64,000 nt of DNA, taken from Candidatus Aminicenantes bacterium. Its GTDB lineage: Bacteria > Acidobacteriota > Aminicenantia > Aminicenantales > Saccharicenantaceae. Of this stretch, positions 40,260-50,420 are shown in pieces. The position numbers and the translations under genes were made by a program. The DNA is taken from contig CAVSEQ010000002.1 in NCBI GenBank assembly GCA_963727095.1, forward strand, positions 184,797 to 248,796, in the 5' to 3' direction. The first letter of the stretch is position 1, and each line of letters opens with the position of its first letter. The notes under the pieces were generated by a model. The model ran no database searches. It worked only from the letters and a program-made list of their open reading frames with translations, and had not been told where the DNA came from.

Positions 40260-41264
40260 ATGGAGCTTATCATGGATGACATCCGCGTGGACGGGCTGAC
40301 AAAAAAATTCGGCGACGTTACGGCCGTCGATCATATCGCATTCGCGGTGGCGTCCGGCGAACTCTTCGGCCTTCTTGGGCCCAACGGCGCCGGCAAAACG
40401 ACGACGATCAACATGCTCTCGACGCTGCTTCCGCCAACATCCGGCCGGGCTGAGGTCGCCGGCTTTGACATCGCTGCGGCCAGGGACAGCGTCCGCAGGA
40501 GCATCGGGGTCGTTTTCCAGGACCCCGCCCTTGACGGCAAGCTCACCGGCCGCGAAAACCTCACGTTTCACGCCATGATGTACGGGATGGGGAAGGCGGA
40601 GAGAACCGCGCGAATCGATGAAGTCTTGCAGCTGGTGGACCTCGTCGACAAAGCCAAGGTCCTCGTCGAGAATTACTCGGGAGGCATGAAGAGACGGCTG
40701 GAGATCGCCCGCGGCCTTATCCACAAGCCGCGCGTCCTCTTCCTGGACGAGCCGACGCTCGGCCTCGATGCCCAGACCCGCCGCCACATCTGGGACTACG
40801 TCAAGAAGCTCAACCAGGAGAAGGCCGTGACGATCATCCTCACGACGCACTACATGGAAGAGGCGGATTACCTGTGCGGCCGTGTGGCCATCATGGATCA
40901 CGGCAAGTTTGTGGCGCTCGACACGCCGTCTCGGCTCAAGGATGTTCTCGGCGGCGACGTCGTTTCTCTTGAAGTCGAGAGCCCCGCCGCGGCGTTCGAG
41001 GCCTCCTTGCGGGCGACGGAATGGGTCAGGACCCTGACCATTCATAACGGCGTCTACAGCCTGACGATGGAAAAGGGCGAGCGCCGTATCCCCGAACTCA
41101 TCCAAACGGCCCAGGGCCTTGGCGTCACCGTGAGCGCGGTCCACCTGAGCAAGCCCAGCCTGGAGGACGTCTTCCTCCATTTCACGGGCCGCACCATCCG
41201 GGAGGAGGAAGCGGGCCCGCATGACCGGAGCCGGGCCATGATGAGAGCGCACACGAGGAGATGA
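40260..41264 (+). CDS. ABC transporter ATP-binding protein (ABC-2 / DrrA-like exporter ATPase)
   Basis: I chose the internal ATG at 40260. Walker A is GPNGAGKTT, the signature is YSGGMKRRL and Walker B is VLFLDEPT. Confidence 0.85.
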   Translation: MELIMDDIRVDGLTKKFGDVTAVDHIAFAVASGELFGLLGPNGAGKTTTINMLSTLLPPTSGRAEVAGFDIAAARDSVRRSIGVVFQDPALDGKLTGRENLTFHAMMYGMGKAERTARIDEVLQLVDLVDKAKVLVENYSGGMKRRLEIARGLIHKPRVLFLDEPTLGLDAQTRRHIWDYVKKLNQEKAVTIILTTHYMEEADYLCGRVAIMDHGKFVALDTPSRLKDVLGGDVVSLEVESPAAAFEASLRATEWVRTLTIHNGVYSLTMEKGERRIPELIQTAQGLGVTVSAVHLSKPSLEDVFLHFTGRTIREEEAGPHDRSRAMMRAHTRR

Positions 41265-42034
41265 CGATGGTGATCAACCCGACCGCGATCTACGTCCTCT
41301 GGCTCAGGGAGATGAAGAGGTTCGTCCGGGCCAAGTCGAGGGTCTTCGGCGCTTTGGCCATGCCCTTGTTTTTTCTCGCCTTCCTCGGCCTCGGCTTCAA
41401 CCGCATGAGCATTCCGGGAATGCCCGGGGGCGTCCAGTATGTCCGGTACCTCGTCCCCGGGATCATCGGGATGACTATGCTTTTCACGTCGGTCATGGGC
41501 GGCATGTCCGTTCTTTGGGACAGGGAGTTCGGATTTCTCAAGGAGATCATGGTGGCCCCCGTTTCACGGGTCTCGATCGTCCTGGGCCGGATCGCGGGGG
41601 GCACGACGACCGCCCTCATCCAGGGATTCATGATCCTCGCGATCTCCACGGTTGCGGGCTTCCGGGTCACGCGTCCGAGTTCCTATTTTCTCGCCTTCGT
41701 TTTTCTGATCCTTATCGCGACGGCCTTCCTCGGGCTCGGCCTGATTTTCGCCTCCTGGATGAAGGACATGCAGGGCTTCGGCATCGTCATGAACTTCGTT
41801 ATCTTCCCGATCTTTTTCCTGTCCGGCGCGCTCTACCCCGTGGCCAACCTGCCCCCCTGGGTCCGGGTCCTCTCCTATATCGATCCTCTGACGTATGGGA
41901 TTGACGGGCTCCGGGGCGCACTCATCAGCATGTCGTCGATGCCGCTCCTCTTCGACTTGGCTGTCATGACCGGAATCTCCGCGGCGATGGTCGTCCTCGG
42001 CGCTTACTTCTTCGAGAAGAGCAAAAGCATCTGA
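41261..42034 (+). CDS. ABC-2 type transporter permease
   Basis: 257 aa with about 6 TM segments. It overlaps the ATPase gene by 4 nt. Confidence 0.8.
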   Translation: MTMVINPTAIYVLWLREMKRFVRAKSRVFGALAMPLFFLAFLGLGFNRMSIPGMPGGVQYVRYLVPGIIGMTMLFTSVMGGMSVLWDREFGFLKEIMVAPVSRVSIVLGRIAGGTTTALIQGFMILAISTVAGFRVTRPSSYFLAFVFLILIATAFLGLGLIFASWMKDMQGFGIVMNFVIFPIFFLSGALYPVANLPPWVRVLSYIDPLTYGIDGLRGALISMSSMPLLFDLAVMTGISAAMVVLGAYFFEKSKSI

Positions 42035-42079
42035 GTCTCGAAACGGACAGACCGCCCGCACATCCGCGAGGAGGGTCAC

Positions 42080-44194
42080 ATGACCAAGAATCGCCAAAAA
42101 GCGCACAGGGTCGCGGCCTTATCCTGCCTTGTGGCCGTCCTTCTGTCCGGCACGTGCGGTCGTGCCTCACGCCCGTCCAGCCATGCCCCGAACGAAGAAG
42201 CGGCGATTACGGTCATCGACGGAACAGTCCGCATCGAATACAACGGGCGCCAGGTTTTTTGCGGGAAGATCACCTCCGGCGGAGAACGGTTTGATGCGGC
42301 GGTCAATACCTATAGAGTTAATGATAAAATCAGCCAGGCCGTCTTGTTCACCTGCCGTGACGGCCGGCTCCGGCTTTCCGGCGCGGTAACGGGCAGTCCG
42401 GAATCGTTTGCCTGTGAGGCCGACCGCCGCGAAAAGGGCCTTGCGGTTGTCCGCCATGCGTCCGGCTTGAGCCGGAGCCTCCTCAACAGGGCCGTCTACG
42501 ACAGGCGTGAGGATTGGCTGGTTTCCGTGGATGCGGGTCCCCGGGCCGCGGTCGAACCGCTCCGCGCCGACGCCGGCTCGAGGACGTTCACGATCGATAC
42601 GGAAGGCCGCGAAATCGTCCTCCGGTTCCGGCCCGCCTTCTACCGCGTCCATCGCGGCCTCCGCTTCTTTAAGCCTTGGACTTACGCCGTCTGGCCCCGG
42701 TCCGTCACCGGCTGGATCTCCTGGTTTGCCTTTTTCGACAAGGTCACCGAGAACGATATCGTGCGGACCGCGGATGTCCTGTCGGACGTCCTCCTGCCCT
42801 ACGGCTATGAATACCTCCAGATCGACGACGGCTATCAAAAAGGGGAGGGCCTTCCCGATCTTTGGCTGAACACCAACGCGAAGTTTCCGCGAGGCCTGGC
42901 CTTCCTCACGCAATACATCAAAAGCAAAGGACTGAAGCCGGGTCTCTGGACGAACGCGGCGTTCAAGCAGGCCGATTTCGCCGATTCACACCCGGACTGG
43001 TTCGTGACCGAGCCGTCCGGCCGTCCGGCCCGCGGGAACTGGGTCGAGTTCAGCCTCGACGCGTCGGACCCTCAGGCCCTCGAGGCGCTCGTAAAGCCCG
43101 TCTACCGGGGCCTGAGGGACATGGGCTGGGACTATTTCAAAGTGGACGCCCTTCGCCACTTGCGGTACGAAGGCTATAACGCCCATGCCGACTATTTCCG
43201 CCGCAAGAATGCCGACCTGACCGAGACCTTTCGCAGGTACGTCGAAACGGTCCGGAACGAGATCGGCCGCGATGTCTATCTTCTCGGCTGCTGGGGCGTC
43301 AGGCCCGAGCTCATCGGCCTCATCGACGGATGCCGGATAGGGACCGACGGTTTCTCGTACGCCGGCCTCGCCCAATTCAATTCCTGGAATAACGTCGTGT
43401 GGCGCAACGATCCGGACCATATCGAGCTCAACGCGGACCGCTACAGGTCGACCCTGGTCTCCTCGTTGACGGGCTCGGTCCTATTGCTCACGGACAAGCC
43501 GGAGCTCTACAAGACAGAAGCAGCGGAGCCCGCCAAACGGGCCGCCCCGGTGCTCTGGACGGTACCCGGGCAGGTTTTTGACGTCGACCCGTCGCGCTCG
43601 GATGCCCTGGCCCGAGTCGATACTGAGGTCAGCGGCAGCGGCCCGAGGGTTTTTGACGCCGGGCTCGAATCCACCTGCGACCTTTTCCTTCTTGAAATCG
43701 ACCGCCCCTTCGAACACTGGGCCGTTCTCGGCCGGACGGGTCAACGCGCTTCCAACATCGGCTTCGCGGACCTCGGGCTCGACCCGGACAGGGAGTACTT
43801 TGTTTTTGAATTCTGGTCGAAGCAACTCCTCGGCTGCTTCAAAGGCGGATTCTCGCCGGGCAGGCTGGACCCCGTATTCCGCTCGCAGGACTTTGTTATC
43901 CGGGAAAGGGCGTCGCATCCACAGATTCTTGCGACCAGCCGTCACGTCACGGGCGGCGGGATCGACCTCCTGGACGTCCGCTGGAAGGACGATGTTCTTT
44001 CGGGCAAGAGCCGCGTCACCGCGGCCGACCCCTACGTGGTTTACTTCACGGTTCCCGAGGGCTACAAGCCGGCCTCGATCGAGTCCGAGGGCGCCAGGGT
44101 GCTTGCCACCCGGCGGGACGGCCTGGTCGTGGCGGTCACGCTCCTCGCTGACCGGAGCCGCGACATCACATGGACCGTTCGATTCGCGCGATAA
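42080..44194 (+). CDS. glycoside hydrolase, clan GH-D alpha-galactosidase-like, probable lipoprotein
   Basis: A lipobox-like LLSGTCG is present. YEYLQIDDGYQ resembles the melibiase-type catalytic-core motif. The family assignment is tentative. Confidence 0.5.
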   Translation: MTKNRQKAHRVAALSCLVAVLLSGTCGRASRPSSHAPNEEAAITVIDGTVRIEYNGRQVFCGKITSGGERFDAAVNTYRVNDKISQAVLFTCRDGRLRLSGAVTGSPESFACEADRREKGLAVVRHASGLSRSLLNRAVYDRREDWLVSVDAGPRAAVEPLRADAGSRTFTIDTEGREIVLRFRPAFYRVHRGLRFFKPWTYAVWPRSVTGWISWFAFFDKVTENDIVRTADVLSDVLLPYGYEYLQIDDGYQKGEGLPDLWLNTNAKFPRGLAFLTQYIKSKGLKPGLWTNAAFKQADFADSHPDWFVTEPSGRPARGNWVEFSLDASDPQALEALVKPVYRGLRDMGWDYFKVDALRHLRYEGYNAHADYFRRKNADLTETFRRYVETVRNEIGRDVYLLGCWGVRPELIGLIDGCRIGTDGFSYAGLAQFNSWNNVVWRNDPDHIELNADRYRSTLVSSLTGSVLLLTDKPELYKTEAAEPAKRAAPVLWTVPGQVFDVDPSRSDALARVDTEVSGSGPRVFDAGLESTCDLFLLEIDRPFEHWAVLGRTGQRASNIGFADLGLDPDREYFVFEFWSKQLLGCFKGGFSPGRLDPVFRSQDFVIRERASHPQILATSRHVTGGGIDLLDVRWKDDVLSGKSRVTAADPYVVYFTVPEGYKPASIESEGARVLATRRDGLVVAVTLLADRSRDITWTVRFAR

Positions 44195-44410
44195 CGGGCC
44201 TGCCACACGGAAACGCCCGTCCGGGATCAGTCAGGACGAAGATCTTCCTGCCCAAGGGGGCGGCCGGTCCGAGAAGGAACCGATTGACAAAGAATTTCTT
44301 TTCCTGTAACGTTGATGAGGCGGCTGGGGATACAACATCTTGTGGATTCAAAGGAGACATCTGGCACTACTAGTTTCGTGGCCGTCTAGGCCGCGAAGGA
44401 TTTCGACACC

Positions 44411-46651
44411 ATGAGAAAGCTCAACCTTCCCGATATTCCCCCCTCGCGCATCCGCAGGGCGAAGTACCTTCTCATCACGTGCCTCATTTTCGCCTTCTTT
44501 GGCGGGATCCCCGTGCAGTTCGGCACCGAAACGGCGTTTTTCCACGGTTATATGATCCCCAAGCCCATCATCAACATCGGCCTCGGCACGAACATAGAGG
44601 ACGTCAAGATTCGAGCTTCTTCGGGCATGAAGATCTATGAAGTCAACACAGCCTACCGGCAATTGTCCGACGACGTCGACGAGGTCCAGATCAAAGGCGG
44701 CAGGGAGAAGATTACCGAGAAATATGTGCTTCTTGTCGCCCACACCAAAGGACGCAAGGAAGCCGACCAACTGGCCGCCGGCCTAAGGCAGAAAATCAAC
44801 GGAAAGGTCTATGTCGAAGAAAACCGCGAAACCGCCGCCGGAGGCGTTTTCGAGGTCAAAGTCGGCGACTTTCTGACGCGCGGCGATGCGTTGAACGGGA
44901 TCAAGGCGCTCAACCAAGCGGGCCGCAAGGACGTTTGGATCCTCCGTGAGGATATCATGGAAGGGGAGTCGCGGCCGATCTGGATGCTCCTCAAGAGCGA
45001 ACTCCTGCCCCTCGGCCGGGATTCGATCCTCTATTTTATTCCCGCCAACCCCCAGAGTTACCTATCCTTCAACGGCCGGAGTTACCGCGGCCTCTTCATC
45101 CTCAGAGGAACGGCCAAGGGGGTCGTCCTCGTCAATCGCCTTAACGTCGATGATTATCTGAAAAGCGTCGTGGCCGGAGAACTCAACCCGGAACAGTTCA
45201 ACGCCCTGGAAGCGCTCAAGGCCCAGGCCGTCGCGGCCCGGACCTACGCCATCAAGAATGTCGGTCAGTTCAAAGACCTCGGCTACGACCTCGTCGATAC
45301 GCCGCGTTCCCAACTCTATTCGGGGATGGAAGCCGAGCACCCGCTGAGCACGCGGGCCGTCGACGACACCCGCGGTGAAGTGGTCAAATACAAGGGCGAG
45401 CTCATCAACGCCCTTTACATGAGCACGTGCGGCGGAAAGACCGAAAATGTCGAGAATGTCTTTTCCGGCAACCCCTCGCCGTACCTCACGAGCGTGGAGT
45501 GCACCTACGAAAAGCAACCGGAATGGCATGTCGAATCCAAGTCCCCGGTCCTGCCGATTACGGTCGGAGGAAGGAATGCCAGCGTTGACGTGGCCTTTCT
45601 CGCCGGCCTGGGCATCATTCCCCTCGGCGTCGAGCCCGTCGACTTCCGCCAGGATTGTCCGTTCGACGAGGCCGTCGAGTGGATTCGGACGTCGGTCAAG
45701 CGCGTGGGTGCGAAAACGGACGAATTCGCGCCCGACGCCTGCTCCCTCGACTTCGCCAATCTGGCCAGGATTTTGGTCGGTGCGTTCGGCTGGCAGGAGC
45801 GGGTGGATCGTCTTCTGCTTGCGACCGAGGCGGATTTCGCCCTCAAAGGCATGCCGCCCGTCGAGCCGAGAGACAGGAGGCCGCTGGCGTATTGCCTCCA
45901 ATCCGGCATCTTTCCGGAATTGCTCACGACCGGCAATCCGCGCCGGCCGGTCAGCCGGGCCGAACTGGCCATCGCCTTGTCCCGGATCCTCCGCGCGCAT
46001 AAAGATTTTTTCGATTCGGGAACCTTCCGCTCGGCGGGAAAAGGCACTATCGAGGTCGGCAAGGATTTCGATCGCAAAACCCTGAAATTGGCTCCCCGGC
46101 TGTTCCTGCTCCGAAACCTGGACGGAAATGCCAGCTTTGCCTCCAGTCTGACGCTGCTCGGAGGGGAAAGAGTCCAGTGGGTCGACACGGAAGGCGAGGT
46201 TTCTTACCTCGAGGTCTTCTATCCGCCCAACTCGAACGTTCTGGACAGGACCTCTCGATTCAACCGCTGGCAGGTCCAGAAATCCCACGATGAGCTGGAG
46301 GCGATGATCTCCCCGTCCTACCCGATCGGCCATCTCGTCGATGTCGCCGTCAGGTCGCGCGGCGTTTCCGGACGCGCCACGAAGCTCACGATCACCGGGA
46401 CCAGCGGCAAGGTCACCGTGGCAGGTCTTCAGATTCGCCAGGTCCTGGGCCTCCGGGATACGCTTTTCGTCATTGACAAGTCGTGGGACGAAAGCGGCCA
46501 CGTTACCAGCTTCACATTCTCAGGCCGGGGCTGGGGCCACGGCGTCGGGCTGTGCCAAGTCGGTGCGTACGGGATGGCGCTGGCCGGGGCCAACTACCGC
46601 GACATCCTGAAGAAGTACTACCGCGGCGTTAAAATAGAAAAAACCTATTGA
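44411..46651 (+). CDS. SpoIID/LytB-domain protein (lytic transglycosylase-type cell-wall enzyme) with an N-terminal SPOR-like region
   Basis: Motifs EALKAQAVAARTYA, YMSTCGGKTEN and GHGVGLCQVGAYGMA are present. Confidence 0.75.
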   Translation: MRKLNLPDIPPSRIRRAKYLLITCLIFAFFGGIPVQFGTETAFFHGYMIPKPIINIGLGTNIEDVKIRASSGMKIYEVNTAYRQLSDDVDEVQIKGGREKITEKYVLLVAHTKGRKEADQLAAGLRQKINGKVYVEENRETAAGGVFEVKVGDFLTRGDALNGIKALNQAGRKDVWILREDIMEGESRPIWMLLKSELLPLGRDSILYFIPANPQSYLSFNGRSYRGLFILRGTAKGVVLVNRLNVDDYLKSVVAGELNPEQFNALEALKAQAVAARTYAIKNVGQFKDLGYDLVDTPRSQLYSGMEAEHPLSTRAVDDTRGEVVKYKGELINALYMSTCGGKTENVENVFSGNPSPYLTSVECTYEKQPEWHVESKSPVLPITVGGRNASVDVAFLAGLGIIPLGVEPVDFRQDCPFDEAVEWIRTSVKRVGAKTDEFAPDACSLDFANLARILVGAFGWQERVDRLLLATEADFALKGMPPVEPRDRRPLAYCLQSGIFPELLTTGNPRRPVSRAELAIALSRILRAHKDFFDSGTFRSAGKGTIEVGKDFDRKTLKLAPRLFLLRNLDGNASFASSLTLLGGERVQWVDTEGEVSYLEVFYPPNSNVLDRTSRFNRWQVQKSHDELEAMISPSYPIGHLVDVAVRSRGVSGRATKLTITGTSGKVTVAGLQIRQVLGLRDTLFVIDKSWDESGHVTSFTFSGRGWGHGVGLCQVGAYGMALAGANYRDILKKYYRGVKIEKTY

Positions 46652-46693
46652 CCGGCCCCGACCGGCGGAGTCGACCGGACCCAGGAGTTCCCG

Positions 46694-47563
46694 ATGACAA
46701 AGGCTCTCAACGCGCGCAAAACCGAGGCCCGGGAGTATCAAACCCCTGCTTCGGGGATATTCTTCAAGGTCGAGAAGGTGCTCTACGCCGGGAGATCGCC
46801 GTTCCAGCAGATCGAGATCATCCTCAACAAGGACTACGGCCGCGTTCTTTTGCTTGACGGGCTGGTCCAGACGACCGAACGTGACGAGTTCTATTACCAC
46901 GAGATGCTCGTCCATCCGGCGATGTGCTGCCACCCGGACCCGCGCCGCATCCTCATCATCGGGGGCGGAGACGGCGGCGCGCTTCGGGAAGTGCTCAAGC
47001 ACCCCGTGCGAAAGGCGTGGCTCGTCGAGATCGACGGCCGGGTCATCGAGGCCTGCCGGACTCACTTCCCGTGGCTCAAGCCCGCGCTCAAAGACAAAAG
47101 GGCCGAACTCGTCGTTGCCGACGGAAATCACTTTATCGATGATACGGCGCAGACCTATGACGTCATCATCGTCGATTCCTCCGACCCCGTCGGGCCGTCA
47201 ACAGTCCTGCACCAGCAGGCATTTTATAGGAAGCTCAAGTCAAAGTTGGCGCCGGGCGGAATCGTGGCGGGCCAGGCCGGCTCGCTCATGATCCATCAGG
47301 AATCACACGCGCGGAAGCGGGCTTTCCTCCGGAAAATGTTCGGCTATGCCGGGCTCTACATCGGGCCGGTCCCGACTTACCCCGTTGGGACATGGTGCTA
47401 CGATTTCCTCTCGGACAGCATTGAACCGTTCGACGTGCGGACGTCGAGTATCCCCAAGGGACTCAAGTACTACAACCCCGTTATCCATCTGGCCGCCTTT
47501 GCCCTGCCGACGTTCCTCAATGAGAAGTTGGCCGCGGCGGGCCGGTCACGCCGGAAGACCTGA
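46694..47563 (+). CDS. speE: spermidine synthase (polyamine aminopropyltransferase)
   Basis: Motifs SPFQQIEI, LLLDG..Q..E.DEF.YHE, IIGGGDGGALREV and IIVDSSDPVGP are present. Confidence 0.85.
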   Translation: MTKALNARKTEAREYQTPASGIFFKVEKVLYAGRSPFQQIEIILNKDYGRVLLLDGLVQTTERDEFYYHEMLVHPAMCCHPDPRRILIIGGGDGGALREVLKHPVRKAWLVEIDGRVIEACRTHFPWLKPALKDKRAELVVADGNHFIDDTAQTYDVIIVDSSDPVGPSTVLHQQAFYRKLKSKLAPGGIVAGQAGSLMIHQESHARKRAFLRKMFGYAGLYIGPVPTYPVGTWCYDFLSDSIEPFDVRTSSIPKGLKYYNPVIHLAAFALPTFLNEKLAAAGRSRRKT

Positions 47564-47665
47564 TACCCGGGACACTGGCGCGTTCGGACGAAATCCGCAG
47601 CGATATCAAACCAACGGAACGGTGGGAGTTTCCTCGAATCCCTGCAGGAACCGACCAGCGGAGTT

Positions 47666-48643
47666 TCAGTAATTCAGGGCGCCGCTCGAATGGCCCTTGC
47701 GGAGAGCGGTGAGCATGTCCTCCGTCATCCGGGCCAGGTCGAAGTCGGGGCGCCAGCCCCATTCCTCCCGGGCCGCCGTATCGTCGATCGACGCAGGCCA
47801 GGAATCAGCGATCGCCTGACGGAAATCGGGCTTGTATTCGACGGCGAACGTAGGGATGCGTTTTCGGATTTCGGCCGCCAATTCGCCGGCCGAGAAACTC
47901 ATCGCCGTGACATTAAAGTTGGAGTGATGCCGGAGCTTGGCGAAATCCGCCTCCATCAGGTCGATCGTGCACTTCAGGCAGTCAGGCATGTACATCATCG
48001 GCAGCCGTGTCTCTTCTTTCAGAAAACATGTATAGCGGCCGGATTTCACGGCGTCGTAGAATATGGCCACGGCGTAATCCGTTGTGCCGCCGCCGGGCAG
48101 GGTCTGGTGGCTGATAATTCCGGGGTAGCGGCAGCCGCGGATGTCGAGTCCGTACTTCTGGACATAATAATCGCAGAGATGTTCGCCCGCGACTTTGGTC
48201 ACGCCGTACATGGTCTTGGGGTCGAGGACGGTGTCCTGCGGCGTCATTTCCCGAGGCGTCGCCGGGCCGAATACGGCGATCGAGCTGGGCGAGTAGATGC
48301 GTGCCAATGCGAGTTCGCGGGCGGCCTCCAGGACATTATAGAGACCGTTGACGTTGATCTCCCAGGCCTTCTGCGGTCTTTTTTCGCCGACGGCGGAAAG
48401 AAGGGCTGCCAGGTGATAAATCGTATCGACGCCGAATTTCTTGATCACGCCGGCCAGCGCCGCCCGGTCGGTGACGTCCAGGAGCTCGAAGGGCCCCGAC
48501 TCCGCGAGCGGTCCGGCAGGCTTGACGATGTCGGTGACGACGACGTTGGCGCTGCCGTATTTTTTCCTGAGAGCGGAGGCCAGCTCCGAGCCGATCTGCC
48601 CGGCCGCGCCGGTCATCAGGATGCGTTTCGTCACTCTCATCAT
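47666..48643 (-). CDS. tdh: L-threonine 3-dehydrogenase, short-chain (UDP-glucose-4-epimerase-like) type
   Basis: The N-terminus ILMTGAAGQIGSELASALRKKYGSANVVVTDI and YGVTK (YxxxK) match the SDR-type TDH family as I recall it. Confidence 0.65.
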   Translation of the reverse strand: MMRVTKRILMTGAAGQIGSELASALRKKYGSANVVVTDIVKPAGPLAESGPFELLDVTDRAALAGVIKKFGVDTIYHLAALLSAVGEKRPQKAWEINVNGLYNVLEAARELALARIYSPSSIAVFGPATPREMTPQDTVLDPKTMYGVTKVAGEHLCDYYVQKYGLDIRGCRYPGIISHQTLPGGGTTDYAVAIFYDAVKSGRYTCFLKEETRLPMMYMPDCLKCTIDLMEADFAKLRHHSNFNVTAMSFSAGELAAEIRKRIPTFAVEYKPDFRQAIADSWPASIDDTAAREEWGWRPDFDLARMTEDMLTALRKGHSSGALNY

Positions 48644-48818
48644 GGGGTGATCTCCGCGAATGGAATCGCCGAAAATTGAGCCCTACATATAGCACAGCGG
48701 CCCGGGGTTGGCAAATGTCCTCCGCCTCGCCGCCGCCGCTTGCCTTCTTCGGCCTGTTCCGATAAAGTGTTATCCCCCGACGCGGTTCGGAGGAAAATGG
48801 CCGACAGGAGGCGCAAAC

Positions 48819-50342
48819 ATGTCGATCGTCCTAGACGGAAGAAACCTGACCATCGAGAAAGTCGTCCAAGTGGCCCGCGCGAACGAGCCCGTCGTCCTCG
48901 CGCCGGAGGCCAAGGAGCGGATCAAAAAGTGCCGCGCCCTTCTCGAAGAGAAGATCGGGAAGAACGAAATCATGTACGGAGTCAACACCGGCATCGGTGA
49001 GTTGGCCAACGTCGTCTTGACTCAGGATCAGCTCGAGAAATATCAGCGCTTCCTCATTTACAGTCACGCCGCCGGATACGGGAAGCCGATGGCCGAGGAG
49101 ATCGTCCGGGCCGCGATCCTCAGCCGCATCAATTGTCACTGTCACGGTCATTCCGGCCTCCGGCTTGTCGTCGTCGAGACGCTGGCCGAACTGCTCAATA
49201 AAGGCGTAACGCCCGTAATGTGCGAAAAAGGCTCGGTCGGCGCATGCGGCGACCTTTCGCCGATGGCCCAGATGGCCCTCGTGCCGATGGGGGAGGGGGA
49301 AGCCTTCTTTAAGGGAGAGCGCCTGAATGGGGCCGAAGCCCTTAAGCGGGCGGGTATCAAACCCATCGTTCTCCGCGCCCGAGACGGGTTGTCGATGATC
49401 AACGGCTCGAACGTCATCACGGGCATGGGCGCCCTGGCCGTCCATGACGTCGGCCGCTGGCTCAAGATGTCCGAGATCGCGGCGGCGATGACCCTCGAGG
49501 TCCTCAACGCCAATATGAAAGCTTACGACGAGCGCCTGCACAAGACCCGCGGCTATCCCGGCGCCCTCGAGTCGGCCGAGAACATCCGCCGGCTCACCGA
49601 CGGAAGTGAGCTCTTGGCCCGGCCCGGGAAAAAGGTCCAGGATGCCTACAGCCTTCGGAGCACGCCCCAGGTCGTTGGGGCGGCGCGCGATGCCCTCAAG
49701 TGGGCACGATACATGATGGAGATCGAGCTCAACGGTGCGGCCGACAATCCCGTCTTTTTCCCGGACGAAAAGCTCGTCCTGACCGGGGCGAACTTCCAGG
49801 GTGTGCCGATGGCCTTTGCTCTCGAACTCCTCGGCGTGGCCGTAACGACCGTTGCCGTCCTCTCGGAGCGGCGTCACAACCGGCTGATGAATCCGCATTT
49901 GAGCGCGGGGCTGCCGGCGTTCCTGACAAAGGGTGCCGGCATGTTCTCCGGCTTGATGCTGACGCAATATACGGCGGGAGCCCTCGTCTGCGAGAACCGG
50001 ATCCTCGCCCACCCGGCCGCCACGGGATCAATCCCAGCCGCGGCCGACCAGGAGGACTTCGTCAGCATGGGTATGACGACGGCTCATAAGACGCGCCAGA
50101 TCATCGACAACGCCCAGGCTGTGCTTGCCATCGAACTCATCGCCGGCGCCCAGGCCCTCGACTTCCGCAAGCCGGTGAAGCCGAGCGCGGCCCTTCAGGC
50201 GGCCTACCAGGTCATCAGGAAGCATGTGGCCTTCCTTGAGGAAGACCGGCCGCTCTTCGACGACATCAACAGGCTGAAGGAAGTCGTCCAGTCGGGCGAG
50301 ATACTCGAGGCCGTCGAAAGCGTCACCGGCCCGCTCCACTGA
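48819..50342 (+). CDS. histidine/aromatic amino acid ammonia-lyase family enzyme (MIO family) with an atypical Ala-Cys-Gly triad
   Basis: The ATG at 48819 has GGAGG upstream. Family motifs YGVNTGIGELA, GSVGACGDLSP, QDAYSLRSTPQV, NGAADNPVFF and AAADQEDFVSMG are present. Confidence 0.8.
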   Translation: MSIVLDGRNLTIEKVVQVARANEPVVLAPEAKERIKKCRALLEEKIGKNEIMYGVNTGIGELANVVLTQDQLEKYQRFLIYSHAAGYGKPMAEEIVRAAILSRINCHCHGHSGLRLVVVETLAELLNKGVTPVMCEKGSVGACGDLSPMAQMALVPMGEGEAFFKGERLNGAEALKRAGIKPIVLRARDGLSMINGSNVITGMGALAVHDVGRWLKMSEIAAAMTLEVLNANMKAYDERLHKTRGYPGALESAENIRRLTDGSELLARPGKKVQDAYSLRSTPQVVGAARDALKWARYMMEIELNGAADNPVFFPDEKLVLTGANFQGVPMAFALELLGVAVTTVAVLSERRHNRLMNPHLSAGLPAFLTKGAGMFSGLMLTQYTAGALVCENRILAHPAATGSIPAAADQEDFVSMGMTTAHKTRQIIDNAQAVLAIELIAGAQALDFRKPVKPSAALQAAYQVIRKHVAFLEEDRPLFDDINRLKEVVQSGEILEAVESVTGPLH

Positions 50343-50420
50343 TTGTCTCGCCTGAAGTAGGTCGGGTCTGCTTCCGAATGGGGCTTGCAGGATTCCCGCG
50401 TTCCCTGTTAGGATGTCGGC

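Noticed and set aside
44362-44378. TGGCAC upstream of the SpoIID-domain gene as a sigma-54 -24 element.
   Set aside because: The position where the -12 GC dinucleotide should fall reads TT, and no TTGC follows at the correct spacing.
45062-46501. A 479-aa ORF on the minus strand opposite the SpoIID-domain gene.
   Set aside because: It is an antisense shadow ORF. The SpoIID signatures are on the plus strand.
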